Of a stretch of DNA of 64,000 nucleotides, positions 20,066 to 28,982 are shown piece after piece. The notes under the pieces were generated by a model. That model was not told where the DNA came from. It saw only the letters and a program-made list of their open reading frames with translations, and did not search any database. Both the position numbers and the translations under genes were made by a program. Position 1 is the stretch's first letter. Every line of letters starts with the position of its first letter. Source of the stretch: Candidatus Latescibacterota bacterium (lineage in GTDB: Bacteria; Latescibacterota; UBA2968; GCA-2709665); contig OZ220733.1 in NCBI GenBank assembly GCA_965116875.1, positions 256,001-320,000 of the forward strand, given 5' to 3'.

Positions 20066-21082
20066 TCATCTAAACTGTAGTATCAACTCGCTCAAATCCG
20101 CGATTTCGGTCTGTCGTAACCTCGTAGCATAGTCACGTAGAGCTGCAAGGAACCGGCGCTGGCGATCATCCAGGTGCAATTCCCGATACCGCATAATGTG
20201 ATCCCGAACGAATTCCAGGTCTCGGATAGTCTCTTCCACCAGCATTCTATTGGCTACGATCCAGGTGCGTTTCAATAGCGCCCTTAACACTTGGGTCGGG
20301 TCGTGTGGCGCTTCGGCCATTTCCGGCGATATTACATCCAAAGGGACTTCCCAATAGATTTTCTGCATTATGATTCGATGATATTCAAGGTGCTTGTCGT
20401 TCAAATGCGTTGTCTCGAACCGATCCTTTTCGGAACCCCGTAATCCATCGTGTTTACGTACTCTTACCAACGGCTGGCGTAAGACGCCTGCTTTATATCC
20501 AGCACGCGCGAGCCGTATCCACATATCGTAGTCCTGAGCGCGAATCAGCCTTTCATCATAGATTCCCACCCGATCATAACACTCTCGGCGAACGACAACT
20601 GAAACACCGCTGATGAAATTTCCGCTCAGGAGTTGACCCACCATTTCTGCTTCCGGATGTGCGGTAGCCTCTACCGTCTCGATCACGTTGTCCGCGTCGT
20701 TTCCTTCAAAAGACGCATATCCGCTATAAACGAACCCGACCTCGGGCTGCAATTTGAAAACCGATATGTGCGACTCTACCAGTTCAGGCAGCGCGACGTC
20801 ATCATCGTCAAAGACCCAGACATAGTTACCGGAGACGTGTTTGAGTCCTAGATTCAAGGCAGACGATTTGCCCCCGTTCGATTTTTCAGAGTACGATATT
20901 CGACCGAGAAAAGGCTCCAACTTCGTTTTCGTTTCATCAGTCGACCCGTCATTGACTACGATTACCTCGAGATTTCGATACGTCTGTGCCAAAACGCTTT
21001 CGAGCGACTCAACCAGATAGTTCGCCCTGTTGTAAGTTGGAATGATGACGGAAACCAAGTCTTGATGGCTCATGGTCAACAC
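20066..21082 (-). CDS. Glycosyltransferase family 2
   Basis: VSVIIPTYNR, VVNDGSTD, FDDDD and QDYDMW motifs. The start may be ATG 21073. Confidence 0.92.
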   Translation of the reverse strand: MLTMSHQDLVSVIIPTYNRANYLVESLESVLAQTYRNLEVIVVNDGSTDETKTKLEPFLGRISYSEKSNGGKSSALNLGLKHVSGNYVWVFDDDDVALPELVESHISVFKLQPEVGFVYSGYASFEGNDADNVIETVEATAHPEAEMVGQLLSGNFISGVSVVVRRECYDRVGIYDERLIRAQDYDMWIRLARAGYKAGVLRQPLVRVRKHDGLRGSEKDRFETTHLNDKHLEYHRIIMQKIYWEVPLDVISPEMAEAPHDPTQVLRALLKRTWIVANRMLVEETIRDLEFVRDHIMRYRELHLDDRQRRFLAALRDYATRLRQTEIADLSELILQFR

Positions 21083-21738
21083 GAAATACGCCCCCGGCGG
21101 TACCGGAGGCGCATTTGGAAAATGGACCTTGTGCGAAGTGCAGGCAAACGGTCGGTTCGGCTTACAAACTGCTCGGGAGATGACGATGCAAAGTCAGCAT
21201 GGAAAGAATACCGCGAGCCTTCAAGCCTCTTCTCTGCAGCCCAGAACTCCTGTGTTTTTAATCTCTCGTTACAAGCATCGGAAATCACACCCATGCTAGA
21301 ATTCTGATCATACATAACGTCTAAGTAAGCTACTTACCCTTTACTTTGCAACCGCCGGCGCTCTTTGGGAGCGTCTCGTTCACGCCAACTCGATACCCAT
21401 CCGCCAGTCTGTGATTGAAAGCCTGCGGCTCAGTTTGCTCAATTTGATGGAACCGTGGGAACCACATCCGGCAGAATATAGGCCGGAAGGCTCGAACTGT
21501 CAAGTACAGGTTAGGGAATATAAAATAGCGCCGTTTTTCAACAGAACCGGGGCGTTCTTGCGATTCTGACGGAAAACGACAACGAGCCGCTATCGCAAGA
21601 AAGCGGACCGGTCGGAGCAGTTCATTCATCTAAGGCGAGGAATAACTAGACTGGATGCCGAATGGATGTGATGTGCAGAATTGCACCGCATTGTATCGGA
21701 AAGGCGTCCCACCCTTGTATCTCGCGACCGGAATGCAA

Positions 21739-22305
21739 TCAACCACGGGCGTCCGCCCTGACCCAGGTCTCGGGGACCCGGAGTTTCCATCTTGTGATCA
21801 AGCGCGTCGACTCAAGCGCCGGATCAAGTATGACCTGACCCTTGGTGAGACGTTCCCGGCAGGGCTCGACCTGCAGGGCGCCATCGGAGTGACTTTCGGC
21901 AAGAAACCGAGCCACTTGAACACTGCGGCGTTTCCGAGACGTGCGGCATAGCTGAGAAGCGCGTCGTCGTTGCGGTTATTGCAGGTAAGGAACGTCGACT
22001 AGGAGTCGGCAACGTGCTGGATTCCTCCGCCCAGGGGCGGATCATCCAGAATGTCGACCATCGTGGGTTGGATGTTGGAGACGAGGATCCCGCCATTGCC
22101 GTGCCAGATTGCTCTGGTACCAAAAATCCTCCCTTCGTCGATATGTTTCAGACTGGACCGTAAGCCCTCGAGTCGCACGGATTTCTTGCGACGCCAGGGC
22201 AACAATATCGTTGAAAGTGTGCTCGGTAAGGTCCCAGTGCTCCACGGCACAGCGCTCTCCGATATAGGCCGGATCGAAAAAGCAGAGTGCCAGAATCCAA
22301 GGATA
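21739..22305 (-). pseudogene. Degenerate AbiEi-family (type IV TA) antitoxin
   Basis: Stitched frames give PWILALCFFDPAYIG..EHWDLTEHTFNDI / RIFGTRAIW..TMVDILDDPPLGGGIQHVADS*..LLSYAARLGNAAVFKWLGFL / CRERLTKGQVILDPAL..LITRWKLRVP. There are frameshifts, an internal stop and no N-terminal HTH. Confidence 0.7.
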
Positions 22306-22569
22306 ACAAAGTCATAATATTCATCCCTTGACCACCAGCAGATATCCCCCAGTCTCCCCTCCTGAACACGTTTGACCCTTTCTGTGAAAATATGGTCCCG
22401 CTAACCTGAGTTCTCGGATCTGTATGCACCACGGATTCTCAATGTTTAACAGCAGCCGAATCTGAAAGACTCAATAATGCGCTGACGACTTACCGAAGAA
22501 ACGCATCCGCCGCCAGCGCACCATAGATTGTGCATCCTGCCTCCATGGTGAACCATTGATTTCAGATAA

Positions 22570-23781
22570 TCAGTGAATGCCCAGGTTCTGCCAGAAGATG
22601 CCCCACGCGAACCAGAATCCGTTGTGGGAGGGCAATTGAGTCAGCTGCCCGCCCTCGTGGGTCCCGTCCACGCCCTCGCCCTTCAGGTTCCACGTTGTCC
22701 CGGTCTCGTTGTCTTTGACCATGAATGGATAGGCGCTGTCGGTCGAATTCACCTTCCCGAACGTCAATGTGGTCTCCTGTCCGTTCACGCTGATCTCTCG
22801 GGAGAAGGGAACGGCCAACTGGGCGTCCCGGTAGAAGACCACCAAGACGGGATGTTGTCTGGGTCCTTCAACGATCGTGTCGTTGATGACGTCCTCGTCG
22901 TGCATGGCCTGGAAGGGATAGGCCTTGACCATCTCCCCGAATCGGACACCCATGGCCAGATCCTTTGCGCCAAAGAGAACCGACGTGTCTGTGTCCATTT
23001 TCGGAAATATGAAATACCCGTTTTCCGTCCGATAATCCAGACCCCGGTCGATATACGGATACTGAGTGTACTGACTGACCGGATAGCCGGCTCCGTTTGC
23101 GTCGATCACACGGGTATCCGGATGTATCCGCTTCCAGTATTCCCAGGTGCACTCGGTCATTGGCAGCAGTTCCAGTTCCTCGCCCTGCCGGGGGCCCAGA
23201 ACGGCCTTGTAGATCATCTGCGGGTATAGCGACTGCCTGTCCCGGCGGTCGTACATGATCAGGTTGTTGTTGAACAGCAATCCGGACACGCCAACGTGTA
23301 TGCGTTCGCCATCGGCGGCCACGCCGTTGAAGACCATACCGGTGCCGGTCAGCGGACAGAGCGTCACAATCACGCTCTCGTCACCGGCCGTATCGTTTAT
23401 GACTTCGTGCCACCAGCCGATGTTGTGAGGATAGGCCCTGGGTTCTCCGTTGATCACGATTCCCATGACGATATCGTCGTCCCGCAGATACCCCGCTCCC
23501 GAGGCGCCGGGACTGACGAAATCCGGATCGGTCACCGCCGGTATGCAATCGGCGCCCGCACATCCCGAAGTGATCGCGTCCAACGGGAATGAATCCACGT
23601 CCAGATAATTGCCGCCGGCACGCGGTGGACGTGCATGCTCGCTGCGGCTGCCCGGAGCAGTACCGGAACCTCCGCCGCCGGTACCTTCGGTTGGACCGCT
23701 TATGTTGCCGCCGCCGTCGTTCCCGCCGCAGGCCGCAATCAGCAGAGCGAGAATCAAGGAAAACGAAAGGAATCGCTTCAT
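22570..23781 (-). CDS. DUF3179-family lipoprotein
   Basis: Lipobox IAA-C, then D-x-IPA, RAYP..WHEVIND, CPLTGTG, SGLLFNNNLIMYDR and FWFAW. Confidence 0.85.
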   Translation of the reverse strand: MKRFLSFSLILALLIAACGGNDGGGNISGPTEGTGGGGSGTAPGSRSEHARPPRAGGNYLDVDSFPLDAITSGCAGADCIPAVTDPDFVSPGASGAGYLRDDDIVMGIVINGEPRAYPHNIGWWHEVINDTAGDESVIVTLCPLTGTGMVFNGVAADGERIHVGVSGLLFNNNLIMYDRRDRQSLYPQMIYKAVLGPRQGEELELLPMTECTWEYWKRIHPDTRVIDANGAGYPVSQYTQYPYIDRGLDYRTENGYFIFPKMDTDTSVLFGAKDLAMGVRFGEMVKAYPFQAMHDEDVINDTIVEGPRQHPVLVVFYRDAQLAVPFSREISVNGQETTLTFGKVNSTDSAYPFMVKDNETGTTWNLKGEGVDGTHEGGQLTQLPSHNGFWFAWGIFWQNLGIH

Positions 23782-24089
23782 TCCGGACCTCCATCAGGGG
23801 TCGCAAAGGGGGTCGCAAATCCGAGAGACGGAATAATATACCCTGTACCGGACCAATTGTAAACCTTCCCGTTTGAGAGTGACGGAACCGGGCTGACAGG
23901 AATATCTGCCCCACCCTGTCGAACTCCGCAAGATCCCCCGGCGGGCGTTCACCGAATTCCATCGGCCTCAGACCACCACTTCATTGGCGCGTTCCTTGAC
24001 TAAATTCCAACTTCGATATATTTTATGCACCCCACAGACAACCCCGTCGTCCATCGGGCGCCTATTGAATCTAACAACAATCCCACCAG

Positions 24090-26081
24090 ATGGCACTCCC
24101 AAAACCGCAGGAACCCTTCATAGAATCGCAAGCCGACCACCGGGACCGGGGCATCACGCTCCGCGCGGTGGGAATCGGCGTGCTCGTCTCCGCCCTCAGC
24201 AGCGGCTGGGTCGCCTACTCCCGCACCGCGGCGGATACGTCTGCCGTCAATATCACCCACCTGCCCGTTTCCTTTTTCGCCGTCTTCGTTGTCGTCCTCA
24301 CGATCAACCTGATCCTTCGCAGTAGGCCCGGTTCGTCCGGTCTGGGTCCCTCGGAAATGCTCACGATCATTGCAATGGGCCTCGTCGCCGCAATGATCCC
24401 CGCGAGGGGCCTCACCGGCATCTGGCTCGGCCTGATGGCGGTGCCGTACTATCGAAGCACCCCCGAAAACGGCTGGATCGACTACGTACAGCCTCACCTC
24501 CCGGACTATCTGTTTCCAACCAACGACGGCAATCAGACGACCCTGCTTTACGAAGGCCTGCCGGGCGGCGCGGCGATACCCTGGAACGTCTGGTATCTTC
24601 CGCTGTTCTGGTGGCTCACGCTCATTCTCGCGGGATTCACGGTTTGCGCCTGCATCACGGTGATACTCCGAAGGCAGTGGGTAGAGTACGAACGCCTGGA
24701 CTACCCGCTGCTGGCGCCCATCCTGGAAACCATCGACGACGTCCACGACACCTCGGGCGGAAACAAGTGGCCTGACTACTTCAAGGGCCGTCTGTTCTGG
24801 ATCGGCTTCGGGATCGCCTTCGGCATCATCGGCTGGAACATGATCTCGTATTTCCAGCCCACGTGGCCGCGCATCAGCATGAGTCCCAACAAGGGCCTGT
24901 TCTATTTCGCCAGGGTTTTTCCGCCGCTGCTCACCCACATCAATACGTACACCATCGGCTTCGGCTATTTCGTGAAACTGGAAATCCTCTTTTCAATATG
25001 GTTCTTCCACTTCCTGCTGATGTCCGAAATCGCGCTGATCCGCAAGACCGGCTTTCAGTTCGGCCGCATGCACCAGTCCGGCGGCGGGTGGGGCGATCCG
25101 CTCGTCCAGTGGCAGTGCCTGGGCGCGTTGTTCGTCTTCGTGGGATGGGGATTCTGGGCGGCGCGACACCACCTCAGGGACGTGTTCCGCAAAGCCTTTT
25201 TCAACGAACCGGGCGTGGACGATTCCAGGGAGATGCTCTCGTACCGCACGGCCGTCATCGGCTTCATCGCGGGCAACCTCTACATTGTCGCATGGCTGCA
25301 CCAGGCGGGGATCGAGCTGGCGTTGATGGCCATCACCGTTCCGGCATCCATCATCATCTACATCGCGCTTGCCAGATTCGTCTGCGAGTCCGGCACCCTG
25401 TACCTGGGCCTGCCCACCAGCCCCCTGGATATGGGCTATCAGATCCTGGGCACGGAGACCATATCCGCGCGGGTCCTTACCGCCTCGGCCACGTCGCACG
25501 CCCTGCGGTGGATGTATTTCATGCCGGCGCTCACCCAGGGCGCAAAGGCCATCGACCGCGTGAAAGGCAACCGCCGCGTACTGTTCTGGGCCGTACTCGG
25601 GGGCCTGCTCACCGCGCTGGCCGTGAACGTCTGGATGGTGCTCTATCTCGGATACAGATTCGGCGCGTTCAACTTCACGGAGTACCCCTTCACGAGATAC
25701 GCGCCGCGCCTCTACGACGCCGTTGTCGCGAATATCAAATCGCCTGAACCCGCCTCGTGGGAACGTCTGGTGCTGTTCGGGTTCGGAGGCATCCTGATGG
25801 CGGCCTTCACGCTCCTGCGTTACCGGCTTCCGTGGTGGCCCCTGCATCCCGTGGGCTTCATCGTGACCACGACCAGCCTGCTGCACGAAATCACCGCCAT
25901 CCTCATCGTCTGGCTGTTCAAGGCCATCGTCATGCGCGTTGGCGGCGTACAGCTGTATCGCTATTTCCGGCCCCTCTTTTTCGGAATCATCGTGGGACGG
26001 GCCACGGGCGTTCTGGTCTCCTTCATCGTCGACCTGATCTGGTTTCCCGGCGGCGGCCACCACGTCCACGGCTGGGCGTAA
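24090..26081 (+). CDS. Polytopic membrane protein, DUF6785/DUF6784-like (putative transporter)
   Basis: Many TM helices, with LRRQWVEYERLDYPL and WWPLHPVGF motifs. Confidence 0.75.
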   Translation: MALPKPQEPFIESQADHRDRGITLRAVGIGVLVSALSSGWVAYSRTAADTSAVNITHLPVSFFAVFVVVLTINLILRSRPGSSGLGPSEMLTIIAMGLVAAMIPARGLTGIWLGLMAVPYYRSTPENGWIDYVQPHLPDYLFPTNDGNQTTLLYEGLPGGAAIPWNVWYLPLFWWLTLILAGFTVCACITVILRRQWVEYERLDYPLLAPILETIDDVHDTSGGNKWPDYFKGRLFWIGFGIAFGIIGWNMISYFQPTWPRISMSPNKGLFYFARVFPPLLTHINTYTIGFGYFVKLEILFSIWFFHFLLMSEIALIRKTGFQFGRMHQSGGGWGDPLVQWQCLGALFVFVGWGFWAARHHLRDVFRKAFFNEPGVDDSREMLSYRTAVIGFIAGNLYIVAWLHQAGIELALMAITVPASIIIYIALARFVCESGTLYLGLPTSPLDMGYQILGTETISARVLTASATSHALRWMYFMPALTQGAKAIDRVKGNRRVLFWAVLGGLLTALAVNVWMVLYLGYRFGAFNFTEYPFTRYAPRLYDAVVANIKSPEPASWERLVLFGFGGILMAAFTLLRYRLPWWPLHPVGFIVTTTSLLHEITAILIVWLFKAIVMRVGGVQLYRYFRPLFFGIIVGRATGVLVSFIVDLIWFPGGGHHVHGWA

Positions 26082-26184
26082 TGTCGACCTGCGCGCCCAT
26101 TTTCCGGACCCACCTTGACAGTTCTCCTCGTTTCCGCGTTATTTTTCTTCGAAAACTGCCGGGTATTCTACGGAGGAGTTGCCC

Positions 26185-27960
26185 ATGCGAAAAAGCGTTT
26201 CGTTTTTTTTAGCGGTTGCTGTTGTGGGTTTGAATTCCCCGGCCCTGGCGCAGAACGAGGGGCCATTGCTCTACGACTTTCCCCACGAAGTCAGCCCCTT
26301 TGACGAAATGGGCGGGCTGCCGGGGGCCGCGATGTTCGACTACGACAACGACGGCGACCTGGACATCTACGTCGCAAACGGTCAGGGCTTTCGCAACTAC
26401 CTGCTCGAAAACGACGGGAGCGGCAATTTCAGGGATGTCTCCAGGGAGGCAGGCGTCGCTGTCGAGCGTGAAACCCATGGCGTGGCCAGCGCCGATATCG
26501 ACAACGACGGCGACGCGGACCTCTTCGCGGCCACGGACGGGCACAACTATCTCTTTCTGAACAACGGCGATGGGACATTCAGGGACATCACGGAATCCGC
26601 AGGGATCATCTCCAACTATTTCTCATCGACCGTTGCGTTCGCGGACGTGGACAACGACGGCTACGTGGACATCTACGTGGGCGGCGCGGGAGGCGAGGAT
26701 GGCGTTGAGAGGAACCGAATTGTGGGCACAGGGGAACTCTATCTCAACAACGGAGACCTCACGTTCACGGACGTTACCGACGAAACCGGCACGGAGGGGA
26801 CGTACACCTGGTCCGCCCGCTTCTGCGACTACGACGACGACGGGGATCCCGACCTGTTCACCGCCAACGACCAGGGCATCGCGCTTGCGGGCGAATGGTC
26901 TCCCGTACGGCTTCACAGAAACGATGGCGATCTGAGGTTCACCGACGTCACCCGGGAGTCCGGCCTGGGCATCACCGGAAGCTGGATGGGGCTTGCGTTC
27001 GGAGACTACGACCTGGACGGCGACTTCGACCTTTTCGCCACCAACGTCGGCGGTTCGTTTGTGGACAAAAAGGGACATCAGGAATACGATCTGCACGGGT
27101 TCTTCCGCAATGACGGGGGTGTGTTCCGGAACATCGCGGAGGAACTGAAAGTGTCACAGAACAACACATTGGCTGAATTGCACTTCGGCTGGGGCACGGT
27201 CTTTACGGATTTCGACAACGACGGGGACCTGGATCTGTACTTCGTGGGCAACTTCGAGATGCTCGAAGCATATCTCAATCCGGGCTACCTTCTGATCAAC
27301 GACGGCGCCGGCGCGTTCGCCGATTCCACGGCGCGCTTCGGTCTCAAGACGATTGACGGCACCGGCACGAACTCGATCGCGGTGGGCGTCGCTACCGGCG
27401 ACGTGAACGACGACGGCCACGTGGATATTTTCGTCGCCAACGCCGGAACGGATTTCCGGACCGGCTATCCGATGTTGTTTACGGAAAAATTCGACGACAA
27501 CAACTGGATCCGCCTCAAACTGGAAGGTACGGAAAGCAACCGGTCGGCCATCGGCGCCAGAATCCGTCTCTTCGCGGGCGGCAGGATCCAGATCCGCGAC
27601 GTCGCAAGCGGGGGGAGCAGTTTCTCGCAGAACAGCCTGTGGCCCACGTTCGGCATTGGCGAGAACGCCGTTATTGACTCCATCGAAATCCGATGGCCCA
27701 GCGGAATCGTCCAGACAATCCGAGACATCGAGCCGAACCGGACGCTGGAGGTTCTGGAAGAGCGTCCGCCTCCGGTGGTTGTCTACGCCAATCCCCGGGC
27801 TGATTTCAATGGCGACGGCAGGGTCGATTTCGCCGATTTCGTCGCCCTGGCCAGTGCATTCAGCACGGACGACCCGACCTACGATCTGGACGGAAACAAC
27901 GTGGTCGACTTCTCCGACTTCATCGAATTTGCGAAATCATTCGGTCGTCCGCTGCCGTGA
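26185..27960 (+). CDS. Secreted CRTAC1-like FG-GAP repeat/ASPIC-UnbV protein with C-terminal dockerin/EF-hand-like domain
   Basis: Signal peptide, repeated DYDNDGDLD units, SNRSAIGARI...IRWPSG, tail ADFNGDGRVDFADF..DLDGNNVVDFSDF, and RBS GGAGGAG. Confidence 0.9.
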   Translation: MRKSVSFFLAVAVVGLNSPALAQNEGPLLYDFPHEVSPFDEMGGLPGAAMFDYDNDGDLDIYVANGQGFRNYLLENDGSGNFRDVSREAGVAVERETHGVASADIDNDGDADLFAATDGHNYLFLNNGDGTFRDITESAGIISNYFSSTVAFADVDNDGYVDIYVGGAGGEDGVERNRIVGTGELYLNNGDLTFTDVTDETGTEGTYTWSARFCDYDDDGDPDLFTANDQGIALAGEWSPVRLHRNDGDLRFTDVTRESGLGITGSWMGLAFGDYDLDGDFDLFATNVGGSFVDKKGHQEYDLHGFFRNDGGVFRNIAEELKVSQNNTLAELHFGWGTVFTDFDNDGDLDLYFVGNFEMLEAYLNPGYLLINDGAGAFADSTARFGLKTIDGTGTNSIAVGVATGDVNDDGHVDIFVANAGTDFRTGYPMLFTEKFDDNNWIRLKLEGTESNRSAIGARIRLFAGGRIQIRDVASGGSSFSQNSLWPTFGIGENAVIDSIEIRWPSGIVQTIRDIEPNRTLEVLEERPPPVVVYANPRADFNGDGRVDFADFVALASAFSTDDPTYDLDGNNVVDFSDFIEFAKSFGRPLP

Positions 27961-27962
27961 CG

Positions 27963-27992
27963 AAAAATCCCGGCGGAAAATCCGCCGGGTTT
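27963..27992. terminator. Bidirectional intrinsic terminator
   Basis: 9-bp stem CCCGGCGGA/TCCGCCGGG with A and T tails between convergent genes. Confidence 0.7.
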
Positions 27993-28028
27993 GAGAAGCC
28001 GCGGGGAATCCTCTCCTGCATCCGGGCC

Positions 28029-28958
28029 TCAGGGTTCCTCGACGATAACGAAGCCAAGAGAATCCACGGATGCGGACCCGAAGAGTCCGATCCCGCCCTC
28101 CACGTTGAAGAGCGGCTGCCTGAAGTTCTCGCCCGCGAGCCCGCCGTACCAGCTCTGCTGCGCCTCCGGCCCCGAGCGCACGTAGTCGTACCAGTTCCTG
28201 TCCACCGCGTAAATCCGCATCAGGTGACGCCCTGTGTAGTAGATCGCGAACCAGGGCAGCCTGACGCTTCCCTCGGTCGACTCGATCGCCGGTGAACTTC
28301 CCGTTCGTTCCGGCGATTCCTCGGATATTTCCCTTGCGACTTCCTCGGCATCTGCGTCCAGGCTGGCAATGCCGACCTGATAACCGGGAACGTCGATCGG
28401 ATCAAACCTGGCTTCGAGAAACCCGGCCTTGTACACAACTCTGTTTTCCGGAATGCGAAAGACGCCGTCCTCCACTTCGGCGAACGTCTTCAGTCTCCGC
28501 TGAACCGATTCGGTCTCCTGATCCAGAACCACGCCCTCCCGCACCCGGAACGCACCGGGCGTGAACGTCGTCGCCCTTGCCGTCGTGTCGTTTGCGGTTA
28601 CGACCAGGACGTACTCTGTTTCGGGGGCAACCACCGGAGGTCCGGCCGGAGGCGAATACTGAAACGGACCCGCATCCGGATCCCGGACGTACCGAAAGAC
28701 CAGGTCCGCCTGCCGTATCTCGACAACCGCATCCGGCACCACGGCGTGCCTCGGGCTTTCACCATCGCCTGCCGCCACCGTCTGCGTCACGAATATCGGG
28801 GGAAGAGGCCGGCCCACAATCAACAGACCGTCAATCACGAGTTTGCCCGCCGCGTCCGGGCCGAACAACGATTCGGGCGTCCGTTCTGCATGGCATGCCG
28901 CGACCAACAGGCAGGATGCGACCCTCAAAGCCAACGTGACGGCATTCCGCGTTATCAT
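28029..28958 (-). CDS. DUF4249-like lipoprotein, partner of the TonB-dependent receptor
   Basis: Lipobox VAA-C, C-terminal NVEGGIGLFGS, and position directly after the TonB receptor. Confidence 0.75.
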   Translation of the reverse strand: MITRNAVTLALRVASCLLVAACHAERTPESLFGPDAAGKLVIDGLLIVGRPLPPIFVTQTVAAGDGESPRHAVVPDAVVEIRQADLVFRYVRDPDAGPFQYSPPAGPPVVAPETEYVLVVTANDTTARATTFTPGAFRVREGVVLDQETESVQRRLKTFAEVEDGVFRIPENRVVYKAGFLEARFDPIDVPGYQVGIASLDADAEEVAREISEESPERTGSSPAIESTEGSVRLPWFAIYYTGRHLMRIYAVDRNWYDYVRSGPEAQQSWYGGLAGENFRQPLFNVEGGIGLFGSASVDSLGFVIVEEP

Positions 28959-28982
28959 AGGTTCACCGGACCCGTTTCGATT

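Noticed and set aside
21076-21629. 79-aa and 99-aa ORFs upstream of the GT2
   Set aside because: No recognisable motifs; probably debris.
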